Assembly: GCA_963663965.2 (NCBI GenBank)
Contig: CAXXFK010000033.1
Span: 160,001 to 224,000 of the forward strand
Source of the DNA: Sedimentisphaerales bacterium
Lineage (GTDB): Bacteria > Planctomycetota > Phycisphaerae > Sedimentisphaerales > SM23-30
Length of the DNA stretch: 64,000 bases
Direction of reading: 5' to 3'
Both the position numbers and the translations under genes were made by a program. Position 1 is the first letter of the stretch. Every line of letters begins with the position of its first letter. The notes under the pieces were generated by a model. It searched no databases. It was given only the letters and a program-made list of their open reading frames with translations, and was not told the origin of the DNA. This document shows positions 20,462 through 29,669 of the stretch, one piece after another.

Positions 20462-20867
20462 GGGGCAATGGGGTGGGGGTGTGGCATGAAGGTGTATTCA
20501 CTTGCAATTTGTCTGAAATTCCTTGTTTATGCCCTGAATTTTCCAAGTAGGAGTCTGATTGCCCAACTGATATCCGGTCAGGAAAACCACATGGTGATGA
20601 TGGGGGTGTTCTTTCGTCATTGTTTATAACTTATTTATATACAGTGACATAGGAAGTTTTGTCTAATCATTGCCTATTTTTTGATGTTCGAAATGGTTAA
20701 ATGAGCCGGTATGGTTTGGCCGTTGAAACGCTATCCGATGAAAATTTCATAAAAATCCAAAGACTATTTGACTTGACATAATATATTGACGAAATATAAA
20801 ATGACAAGTATGCTTGACATGTTATGGAATATAAAATAAAAGTGTAAATTTTAGGTATGGTGTCAAT

Positions 20868-21992
20868 ATGAATCCCCATGAAGTCGTATCCCTGAATATT
20901 AAACGAATCAGAATCAGTCGCGGGATATCCCAGACTGGCCTGGCTAAGTCCGCTAACATTTCTCGTCAAGCATTTATTGATATTGAAAGTGGGAAGACCA
21001 AAGAGCCCAGGGTTAGTAATCTTCAGTCAATCGCCGATGCACTGGAGGTTCCCATTGTAGCATTGTTTGAAGAACCTCTCCAGCTTACTACCGTTCGTTT
21101 TCGAAGCAATTCAATAAAGACCCAAAAAGAGAAAGCCAAAAAACAACAATACTTAATCGATGCTGCTTACTGGCTTAAGAATTTTAACTACCTGCAATCT
21201 GTCGTTTCAGACAAGAAAGAAGCTAAGCTCCAAGAGGTCTTTCAAAATGCAGATAAACTGAAAACCGATCGTCCAAGAAAAGCTGCTGAATTGACCAGGT
21301 CGTCACTAGGATTAAAAGAAGATGAACCCATTGGAGATATTATAGGTTTAGTTGAAAGTGCGAGTATCAAAATTAAAACCCAAGCGTTTGACCTGAAGAA
21401 TTTCTTTGGCTTTTCTATTTCTGAGTCGGATGGCGGCCCTGCTATCGTGGTAAATAATAGTTCCAAAATATCCATCGAAAGACAAATATTTACTGTGGCT
21501 CACGAACTTGGCCATCTGATTCTGCATCCCAAGGCATATGATCCAATAAAGAATGATGAGCCAGACCAGGAAGAAAAAGAAGCAGATATCTTCGCAGGGT
21601 ATTTCTTGATGCCGGCTGAGGCTTTCAAGAAGAAATTCAATGAATCGTATGGGCTTGGATTTGTTGATAGAGTATTACATATCAAACGTTTTTTTTGTGT
21701 AAGTTATCAGGCAGTCTTACATCGATTGTCTGACATGGGACTTGGCGACTACGGAAAACTCTCGGCCAAGTTTCATGCAATCTATAAATGTCAATATGGG
21801 GAAAGCCTGACCTTACATAAAGAGCCTTTCCCCCTGGTTAAACCTGACTTTGTAGAAGATTATCTTATGTCACTTGTCAGGAAAGCTTTAGATAAGACAG
21901 AGATTACTGTCAGTCGAGCTGCTGAGATTTTAAATGTGTCGCTCATGGATATGAGAGAAATAATCAATTCATGGGCGGAAATAGCAGCATGA
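20868..21992 (+). CDS. XRE HTH fused to an ImmA/IrrE (DUF955) metallopeptidase
   Basis: N-terminal HTH (SQTGLAKSANISRQAFIDIESGK); FTVAHELGH; EKEADIFAGYFLMP; C-terminal SRAAEIL HTH. Confidence 0.9.
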   Translation: MNPHEVVSLNIKRIRISRGISQTGLAKSANISRQAFIDIESGKTKEPRVSNLQSIADALEVPIVALFEEPLQLTTVRFRSNSIKTQKEKAKKQQYLIDAAYWLKNFNYLQSVVSDKKEAKLQEVFQNADKLKTDRPRKAAELTRSSLGLKEDEPIGDIIGLVESASIKIKTQAFDLKNFFGFSISESDGGPAIVVNNSSKISIERQIFTVAHELGHLILHPKAYDPIKNDEPDQEEKEADIFAGYFLMPAEAFKKKFNESYGLGFVDRVLHIKRFFCVSYQAVLHRLSDMGLGDYGKLSAKFHAIYKCQYGESLTLHKEPFPLVKPDFVEDYLMSLVRKALDKTEITVSRAAEILNVSLMDMREIINSWAEIAA

Positions 21993-22498
21993 CTAAAAAG
22001 CTTATCAAAGCAGGTATCATCTCAGATGCCAATGTTTTAATTGATTATGCCGAATCCGCCCCTGATATCTTAAGGCTCATTTGTGAACATATTCTACAGC
22101 TATATATTCCCTTGACTGTTCTAAAAGAAGTTAGTCAGTTGAACATTCAAGAGGTACAAGCATTAGGTATTGAAATAGTCGAACCCAAATTGTCTCAGAT
22201 CATCGAGGTTTCTAATATAAGAGAACTGAAACCTGCTCTTTCAGCACAAGATGCTATCTGTTTCATAATGGCAAGAGATAATGATTGGGCTTGCCTCACT
22301 AACGATAAACCTTTAAGGCGTTTATGCTCTTCTCAGAAGGTGTCTTGTATCTGGGGATTGGAAATCATGCATATTTTAGTTTCTTCAAAGGCCATCACCG
22401 CTAAGAAAGCGTATGAAATTGCCCAAGATATCCAGTCAAAGAATAAATATATTAAACTGCAAACACTCGAATTATTCAAAAAGAAAATTGGACTGTGA
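21989..22498 (+). CDS. PIN-domain protein
   Basis: ISDANVLID, VLKE, LSAQDAIC, LTNDKPLRR; ATGA overlap with the upstream gene. Confidence 0.8.
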   Translation: MTKKLIKAGIISDANVLIDYAESAPDILRLICEHILQLYIPLTVLKEVSQLNIQEVQALGIEIVEPKLSQIIEVSNIRELKPALSAQDAICFIMARDNDWACLTNDKPLRRLCSSQKVSCIWGLEIMHILVSSKAITAKKAYEIAQDIQSKNKYIKLQTLELFKKKIGL

Positions 22499-22640
22499 TT
22501 AATCATCCTTAGCTTGCAACAGTCCATTCAGTTCTTCGTCAGTTTTTTTCATGTTTTCATCGCTAACAAGTAATTTGATTTCAAGAAACATTGCTTTAAA
22601 ATTGCTTATACTTTGATTAATAAATTGCTTGAGACATTTG
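22499..22640 (-). pseudogene. 3' remnant of an AT-rich gene
   Basis: Open frame KCLKQFINQSISNFKAMFLEIKLLVSDENMKKTDEELNGLLQAKDD* converging on the PIN stop; it ends at a GC step. Confidence 0.35.
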
Positions 22641-22912
22641 TTAATAGTGGCTGGGATATGGTAAGCGGTATTGCGGGAGATGCTGAGGTGGATTGGCAGT
22701 TGGTGCGGCCGGGGGAAGATTATCCGCGGCTGGTGTGGCAGATTCCGATTGAGGGGGATCTGGCGGGATTGTGGGGTGTCGATGGGGCGGATATGATGGT
22801 ATTGGTAGAAGGATGGCTGACAACGGATGGCCGGCCCGGAGATCTAGATGCCAATGGTCAAATCGATCTGGCGGATTATGCCCGGTTATGTGAAAACTGG
22901 CTTCGGCAGTAA
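22635..22912 (+). pseudogene. 3' remnant of a secreted GLUG-type protein with a dockerin-like tail
   Basis: FVNSGWD...W...DYPRLVWQ followed by two EF-hand-like repeats (GDLAGLWGVDGAD; GDLDANGQIDLADY...WL); no signal peptide or N-terminus. Confidence 0.65.
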
Positions 22913-23032
22913 CGGCTAGAGCCGAGATATCGAGAAGTTCAGTTGAAGTCGGAAGAGCGTACTCTTTTTACTGAATTTAATCAATCCAGTAACACTGTCT
23001 GGATGCGATTGCCCTGTTTTTCTATGGAAAAG

Positions 23033-23064
23033 AAAAAAGCCGGATACCTTGCGTTACCCGGCTT
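23033..23064 (-). terminator. Intrinsic terminator after PEP-CTERM copy 3
   Basis: AAGCCGGGTA...TATCCGGCTT hairpin followed by a U-run on the minus strand. Confidence 0.7.
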
Positions 23065-23092
23065 GAATTCTTTGTGTTAGTGACGATCACAA

Positions 23093-23704
23093 TCACCGTT
23101 GGCGTTTAATGGCCAGAGCGCCGAAGCCCAGTAAGAGCAGGCTGGTTGGTTCGGGCACTTCCACAATCTTAATATTTTGCCAGACCGGATCGTAACCGCG
23201 GTCGGTTTTATCGATGAACTGGATGGAAAAAGCCGAATCATCCGCCCACAGACCGGCGATGCCCTTAATGGCGCTCTGATTGTCATAGATCCAGTTCCAA
23301 CCGGGCTGACATTCAATCGTGATATGCGGCGTACCTTCAACCAGTTGCATACAACGAATCATATTGATCTGACCGCCTTTAAAGATTGCTGTAGAATTAT
23401 GACTAGTCGACAACAAATCTAAAGCGCCACCCAAAAACAACAATGAACTGTCATGTGATAAAGAAATATCAAGAATCCCATGATTATTATCAACGGGTTG
23501 AGAAGTGGACCAAACCTCTAATCGTCCATAGTCTATTTCAATGGTATCCCCCCCCCCCCCATCGACAATCAAAGGGGGGTCGTAACCAGACCACCTGACA
23601 CCATATTCATATTCGCCGGCGGTAATATAGCCATCCAGATAGCCAGCATTACTCGTTGTTACAAACAAACAGATCCCCAACAGAATCAACCATAATCTTT
23701 TCAT
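23093..23704 (-). CDS. PEP-CTERM sorting-domain protein, array copy 3
   Basis: Signal peptide; VPEPTSLLLLGFGALAIKRQR; G13 tract in frame. Confidence 0.9.
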   Translation of the reverse strand: MKRLWLILLGICLFVTTSNAGYLDGYITAGEYEYGVRWSGYDPPLIVDGGGGDTIEIDYGRLEVWSTSQPVDNNHGILDISLSHDSSLLFLGGALDLLSTSHNSTAIFKGGQINMIRCMQLVEGTPHITIECQPGWNWIYDNQSAIKGIAGLWADDSAFSIQFIDKTDRGYDPVWQNIKIVEVPEPTSLLLLGFGALAIKRQR

Positions 23705-24379
23705 AATCCGGTTCTCCTTATGCTTTGTTTATCTGATTGTATCAAATCACGGGGCTTCATGTCAAGATGGGACTGCAACACCTCGCGTATGTCCGATAAA
23801 ATCGATCGCAGGAATTCCAAACCCTCAATTAATGCCTCGGCGTTATCAGGTTCGTTTTCTAATTCCGCTTCGATATAATCCATAATTTCAGAGGCGTTGA
23901 TAGCCAGCCGGGCCAGTTCAGCGCGGGACAGATCGACATAGGGATTAACCGGGACATACGCATCGGCTTCGGCGATCAGAATGGTTGACAACGTTTCGAA
24001 CATGGGGACAGTCATGGCCATCATCTCACCGCCGCTTGCCATAGCACTATAATAAGCCAGATAGTTTTCGCGCCAGCAGGCCTGCCACAGCCATTCATCA
24101 CAAAAGGCCGCCAAATCGGCCGTATCGATGGCATACTGACTGACGCCAGTCGCATCCAGATTGCAGACCGATTTCCAGATAGCCGCGGCATTTGGATTAA
24201 CCAGATTCGGATCGGCCTGCCAGGCTGGATCGTTGGGATCGTGCCCCAGCCAGGCCGCCGAAAGGCCGTTGAATTCGTATAGATTGATCACACCGTCAAC
24301 GTTCCAGTCCAGGTCGTTGAAGATATCATCCTCGGAGATATCATCATCGAAGGAATAAATCTCATCGGCCCCGATATCA
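23701..24379 (-). repeat. 679-bp copy of the 3' end of the 1008-aa gene (26132..26810); open frame with a possible ATG at 24384
   Basis: Collinear and nearly identical protein from DIGADE to the stop; keeps the AGGAG RBS and ATGA coupling to the PEP-CTERM gene. Confidence 0.9.
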
Positions 24380-24415
24380 CGCATGATACTTAGCCGCTCT
24401 TCGCACAAAAAGAGG

Positions 24416-24447
24416 AAACCTCCGAATAGATAACCATCCGGAGGTTT
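24416..24447 (-). terminator. Intrinsic terminator after PEP-CTERM copy 2
   Basis: AAACCTCCGGAT-loop-ATTCGGAGGTTT followed by CCTCTTTTT on the minus strand. Confidence 0.7.
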
Positions 24448-24467
24448 TGATGTGCGAGGTATTTACC

Positions 24468-25087
24468 TTAACAGGTCCGCCGTTTTAACCAGAATCCACC
24501 CAGGGCTAATAAACTCAAAGTGGTTGGTTCGGGCACTTCCACAATCTTAATATTTTTCCAGACCGGATCGAAGCCCAGTTCCGTTATATCTATAAACTGG
24601 ATCGAAAAAGCCGAATCGTCGACCCACTGACCGGCAATACCTTTAATCGCATTTTGATTATTATAGATCCAGTTCCAACCCGGCTGACATTCGACGGTGA
24701 TATGTGGTACTCCTTCGACCAACTGAAAACAACGGATCATATTGATCTGGCCACCTTTAAAAACAGCAGTTGAATTATGATTCATAGATAACACATCAAG
24801 TGCACCATCGTAAAACACCAGGGAACTGTTGTGCCATAAATCCAAATCGGAAATACCGGAGTAATGCTGATTCAGAGGCAATGAGGTGGACAGGACTTCA
24901 ATGCGACCATTATCAATTTCAATTAAATTCCCCCCCCCCCCCCATTAACAATCAGGGGCGGATCATAACTGGACCATCTGACATCAAATTCATATTCCCC
25001 AGCCGTAATAAAACCATCCAGATAACTGGCATAAACCGAAGGTTCAAACAAACAGACACCCAACAGAATTAACCAAAATCTTTTCAT
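24468..25087 (-). pseudogene. PEP-CTERM protein, array copy 2, out of frame at the G14 tract (24930-24943)
   Basis: MKRFWLILLGVCLF...DPPLIVN-G14-NLIEIDNGRIEVL...VPEPTTLSLLALGGFWLKRRTC; G12 or G15 restores the frame. Confidence 0.85.
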
Positions 25088-25435
25088 AATCCGGTTCTCC
25101 TTAAACTTTGTTCATCCGATTGTATCAAATCGCGGGGCTTCATGTCAAGATGGGACTGTAACACCTCGCGTATGTCCGATAAAATCGATCGCAGGAATTC
25201 CAAACCCTCAATTAACGCCTCGGCGTTATCGGATTCGTTTGCTAATTCCGCTTCGATATAGCCCATGATTTCAGAGGCATTGATAGCCAGCCGGGCCAAT
25301 TCGGCACGGGATAATTCGGCATAGGGATTGACCGGGACATACGCATCGGCTTCAGAGATCAGGCTGGTTGACAGCGTTTCGAACATGGGGACGGTCATGG
25401 CCATCATCTCGCCGCCGCCTGCCAAAGAACTATAA
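25084..25435 (-). repeat. ~350-bp copy of the 3' end of the 1008-aa gene
   Basis: Aligns to 26132.. at offset 1048 (AGGGEM...RRTGL*); ATGA-coupled to copy 2. Confidence 0.9.
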
Positions 25436-25461
25436 TTAGCCGCTCTTCGCACAAAAAAGGA

Positions 25462-25495
25462 AAAACCTCCGGATAGATAACCATCCGGAGGTTTT
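25462..25495 (-). terminator. Intrinsic terminator after PEP-CTERM copy 1
   Basis: Perfect 13-bp stem AAAACCTCCGGAT/ATCCGGAGGTTTT, then TCCTTTTTT on the minus strand. Confidence 0.75.
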
Positions 25496-25514
25496 GAGGT
25501 GTGATGTATTTACC

Positions 25515-26135
25515 TTAACAGGGCCGCCGTTTTAACCAGAATCCACCCAGGGCTAATAAACTCAAAGTGGTTGGTTCGGGCACTTCCACTACATTCACAT
25601 TCATCCAGACCGGGTCGAAGCCAAAGATATCGACTTTGTCGATGAACTGGATGGAAAAGGCTGTATCATCCGCCCACAGACCGGCGATGCCCTTAATGGC
25701 GCTCTGATTGTCATAGATCCAGTTCCAGCCGGGCTGACATTCAATCGTGATGTGCGGCGTGCCCTCGACCAACTGAAAACAACGAATCATATTAATCTGA
25801 CCGCCCTTAAAAACAGCAGTGGAATTATGATTCGTAGATAGCACATCAAGGGCGCCATGATAAAACACCAGGGAACTGTTGTGCCATAAATCCAAATCGG
25901 AAATACCGGAGTAATGCTGATTCAGGGGCAATGAGGTAGATAGGACTTCAATGCGACCGTAGTCAACAGTAATGCTATTCCCCCCCCCCCCATCCACAAT
26001 CAAGGGCGGATCATAATCAGTCCATATTACGGTGTTTTCATATTCTCCAGTGGTAATATAACCATCCAGATAGCCGGCATTACTCGTTGTTACAAATAAA
26101 CAAACACCCAATAGAATTAACCATAATCTTTTCAT
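25515..26135 (-). CDS. PEP-CTERM sorting-domain protein, array copy 1
   Basis: Signal peptide; VPEPTTLSLLALGGFWLKRR; G12 tract in frame; ATGA-coupled to the large gene. Confidence 0.9.
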   Translation of the reverse strand: MKRLWLILLGVCLFVTTSNAGYLDGYITTGEYENTVIWTDYDPPLIVDGGGGNSITVDYGRIEVLSTSLPLNQHYSGISDLDLWHNSSLVFYHGALDVLSTNHNSTAVFKGGQINMIRCFQLVEGTPHITIECQPGWNWIYDNQSAIKGIAGLWADDTAFSIQFIDKVDIFGFDPVWMNVNVVEVPEPTTLSLLALGGFWLKRRPC

Positions 26136-29100
26136 AATTCAGTTCTCCTTAAACTTTGCTCACTCGATTGTATCAAATCGCGAGGCTTCATGTCAAGATG
26201 GGACTGCAATACCTCGCGAATGTCCGATAAAATCGATTGCAGGAATTCCAAACCCTCAATTAACGCCTCGGCATTATCGGGTTCATTCTCTAATTCCGCT
26301 TCGATATAACCTATGATTTCAGAGGCATTGATAGCCAGCCGGGCCAATTCGGCACGGGATAATTCGGCATAGGGATTGACCGGGACATACGCATCGGCTT
26401 CAGAGATCAGGCTGGTTGATAATGTTTCGAACATGGGGACGGTCATGGCCACCATCTCGCCGCCGCCTGCCATAGCGCTGGAATAGGCCAGGTAATTCTC
26501 GCGCCAGCAGGCCTGCCACAGCCATTCATCACAGAACGCCGCCAAATCGGGTATATCAATAGCATACTGACTGGCGCCGGTCGCGTCCAGGTTACAGGCC
26601 GATTTCCATATGTCCGCAGCGTTTGGATTAACCAGGTTCGGGTCGGCCTGCCAGGCTGGATCGTTGGGATCGTGCCCCAGCCAGGCGGCGGATAAACCAT
26701 TGAATTCGTAGAGATTGATCACGCCGTCAACGTTCCAGTCCAGGTCGTTAAACAGATCATCCTCGGAGATATCATCATCGCAGGAATAAATCTCATCGGC
26801 CCCGATATCAATCCGGAGATCCAAAACCCGTTCCTCGTTATCCATATCAGCCTGATCGTCATAATTCAGGTATGGATTGCCCAGATCTTTACAGATGGAG
26901 TTATACGCCAGGTGGTAGTTCTCCGTATTGGGCGTGCCATTGGGATCGACGGTATAGGCAAAGCCGGGTTCCAGGCTGATATTCGTGCTGTTGACACTGT
27001 TGCAATCCTGAATACAGCAATAATGGGCGACCAGATCAGCATTCAAACCGGCTAACTGATTGCCGCCGCTGTTGTTATAGTAAATAATGCAGTTTTGAAT
27101 ATCCGGATAATCCAACTGATTGGGATCGTCGGCTATATTTCCATCATCGCTGAAAAAGATACCTGCCGACTTGTTATTGGAGATCGTGTTATTATAGATA
27201 ACCGGTGAATAAGTTGGATTAAAGATACTGATCCCTTGACGGCCTTCATTAGCCAGGTCGCTCTCAGAAATGATACTATTTTTAATCATTGGCGTTGAAC
27301 CATCGCAATAAATTCCATAACGCTGACTTCTCAAAATCCAGCAATTTTCTACTGTTAGGGCATAGTTCTCACCTACATGGTGAATTCCATCATAACCGTT
27401 GTTTTGAATTTTGCACCACTTAACAGCAACATCGCCATTGGAAGCATAAATTCCGTACGAGCTACTATTCTGAATCACACATTTATTAACCACAAAATCC
27501 ACACCCTCGCCATAAATACCATATTGTAAAGCCTTTGTAATCGTAAATCCCTCCAGCAGGGTCGTTTCGTCAATGGGGGAGTTGGGATCGGCCGAGACTT
27601 CATTGAGCATGGTCACGATGGTATCGCAATCGGGCGGCAGGTCATCATCCAGTTGCCCGGTCAGGATCGTCTCGTACCGCCGGGGATCGCGCTGCTCGAA
27701 CGCGCAGCCGCCGGTGGGGAACCCGCCATAAACCGAAATGCCTTCGGGCAGTTCAAAGCTGTCTTCGGCCCTATTACCCGGCAGGTAGGTTCCCTGCGCC
27801 ACATAGATGACATACGGTTCGGTACAAATCGCGTGGGCGGCCCGGTAAAGGGCCTTTTGCAATCCATCCGGTCCGTGATAGGCATCGGCCCAACTGGTCC
27901 CCGCATCCAGACCTGTCGCGTACCGGTCCACATAGATCTCCGTCGGCGTCTCGCCAAAACAGCAGACCTGCGTTTCGGCAACCGTCAGAGCTATTGCGCC
28001 GTCACGATCATCGATAACACCCCAGAGTTCAACCTGGTTGAGCAGAGTCAATCCCGAATCGGCCAGGGTGTTCACCACCACCTCCAACTGGACAGAACCG
28101 CTGTCGTTGGGATACATCGGCCCCAGTTCCCATAGATAAGTATGGGTATTGGGATCGTAGGCCGGATCGGCTTCGATAATATTCAAATTGGGATCCACGC
28201 TCGCGAAACCTTCCGGATAGGTCACTCCCCTGGGCAGAAAATCCAGCAGCCAGGCGTCATCCAGCGTCAGGCCGGTGGTATTGGTCCACTGGATGGTATA
28301 GGTGATGGTATCGCCCGGCTCGACACAATCGTTGGGATCGATATCGGTGGTCTTGACCAGGTCCATCTGAACCACCCCCCTGGGCGCGGCGATCGTCACG
28401 TTATGCTGGTCGTTATTCCCCAGTTCCCAGACTTCAAAATAATCGCCTGATATAGTAAATTTATTATGATAAGAATCATTCCATCCGGAAAGCGAGGTTG
28501 TTGTTATAGACTCGCCGGGCCGGTAGGGATCGTCATAAACTCCGCTGGCATAACCCGCTTCGGTGATCGAGGAGATCGAATTATTAATTGCACTAACTGA
28601 ACCAACACCCCAACTTGGGGGTAGCCAGTCAAAACAATTCATTTCATCTCCGCACACCAGCAAACCAGTCCCCACACCATCCAGAATATAGGCAATGGCC
28701 TGCCGCAACAGGATTCCGGCCGATCCGAGTTCCTGGACGGTATGAAGATCCAGATCATGACCGGTCAGAATAATCCGCCCGGTAATGCCCTCGGCAATGG
28801 CCGCAGGCAGGATGGGTTTGAAACCGAAAGAATGCCACCCGACAATGACGATGTCGTAGTCTGAGAAATCCACATTTTCCAAGGTATCCGGCGGCGATTT
28901 AACCGTGTATTGACTGGGGGCGATCCCCAATATGTTCATCGCCCCGATCAGGGCTGTCTCTTCACTTTCGACGATATAGAGTAAAAAGTGGTAGTCGCCG
29001 GGATTAAAACCCAGCAGGTTCGGATCGCAGGGCGCCAAATCTGGGATCACCAGCGGCAGACCGGCAGGATCGTTGCCGGCCAGAGCCGGGCCCTGCCAGG

Positions 29101-29158
29101 CGAATAAAATTCCGACACATCCGAGAAACCAGAAAACCATAGGCTTGATTCGTTGCAT
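26132..29158 (-). CDS. Large secreted protein: DUF11-like Ig domain, parallel beta-helix, dockerin/EF-hand-like C-terminus
   Basis: Signal peptide; LVKT...PGDTITYTI...LDFLPRGVTY (DUF11-like); IYVD...GTSWADAY...YVAQGTY beta-helix cap; YGIY repeats; DIGADE; DWNVDGVINLYEF. Confidence 0.8.
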   Translation of the reverse strand: MQRIKPMVFWFLGCVGILFAWQGPALAGNDPAGLPLVIPDLAPCDPNLLGFNPGDYHFLLYIVESEETALIGAMNILGIAPSQYTVKSPPDTLENVDFSDYDIVIVGWHSFGFKPILPAAIAEGITGRIILTGHDLDLHTVQELGSAGILLRQAIAYILDGVGTGLLVCGDEMNCFDWLPPSWGVGSVSAINNSISSITEAGYASGVYDDPYRPGESITTTSLSGWNDSYHNKFTISGDYFEVWELGNNDQHNVTIAAPRGVVQMDLVKTTDIDPNDCVEPGDTITYTIQWTNTTGLTLDDAWLLDFLPRGVTYPEGFASVDPNLNIIEADPAYDPNTHTYLWELGPMYPNDSGSVQLEVVVNTLADSGLTLLNQVELWGVIDDRDGAIALTVAETQVCCFGETPTEIYVDRYATGLDAGTSWADAYHGPDGLQKALYRAAHAICTEPYVIYVAQGTYLPGNRAEDSFELPEGISVYGGFPTGGCAFEQRDPRRYETILTGQLDDDLPPDCDTIVTMLNEVSADPNSPIDETTLLEGFTITKALQYGIYGEGVDFVVNKCVIQNSSSYGIYASNGDVAVKWCKIQNNGYDGIHHVGENYALTVENCWILRSQRYGIYCDGSTPMIKNSIISESDLANEGRQGISIFNPTYSPVIYNNTISNNKSAGIFFSDDGNIADDPNQLDYPDIQNCIIYYNNSGGNQLAGLNADLVAHYCCIQDCNSVNSTNISLEPGFAYTVDPNGTPNTENYHLAYNSICKDLGNPYLNYDDQADMDNEERVLDLRIDIGADEIYSCDDDISEDDLFNDLDWNVDGVINLYEFNGLSAAWLGHDPNDPAWQADPNLVNPNAADIWKSACNLDATGASQYAIDIPDLAAFCDEWLWQACWRENYLAYSSAMAGGGEMVAMTVPMFETLSTSLISEADAYVPVNPYAELSRAELARLAINASEIIGYIEAELENEPDNAEALIEGLEFLQSILSDIREVLQSHLDMKPRDLIQSSEQSLRRTEL

Positions 29159-29669
29159 GATAACACCTCATTAAACTGTTTATTGATGGTAACTCTTATT
29201 CGATACGGACTGACAAAAATAAACAACCCCTTGAGGATAACCCGTGCGGTTATCCGTCTGTGATTATACCCATACGGAGCCTCCTTAATTTTTGCGACAA
29301 CCACCATTCCAAACCCGGCGGACGCACTCCCTCTGGCTGCCAAAAAGGGCCTGGCCCGCAATCATATTAATTACAGCAATAGCATAAAGCGATGCTGGCA
29401 TTGATCGCACAATCAGTTTTTTAGATGAAGTTCGACGAATGAATCCAAAATTTCCAAAAGTGAAATTAACCCGTCATTCAGGAATTGTCAAATGGAATTT
29501 TATATTAATTTGTGTGGTATGCAGGTGATATCGTCAGGTTTTTGAAAATTTTCAAAAGATTCTGAAAATTTCCGGGAATATTCGCTCGTATCAATCCGTC
29601 TGAATGGGGTAGGATTTGTATGTCATTAGCGATACTGGAAATGATATAAATATATCTGGAAATAAGATT

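Noticed and set aside
23093..26810. Diversity-generating retroelement, invertase shufflon or CRISPR array
   Set aside because: No reverse transcriptase, recombinase or cas gene; differences are not adenine-specific; repeats are long, direct and coding.
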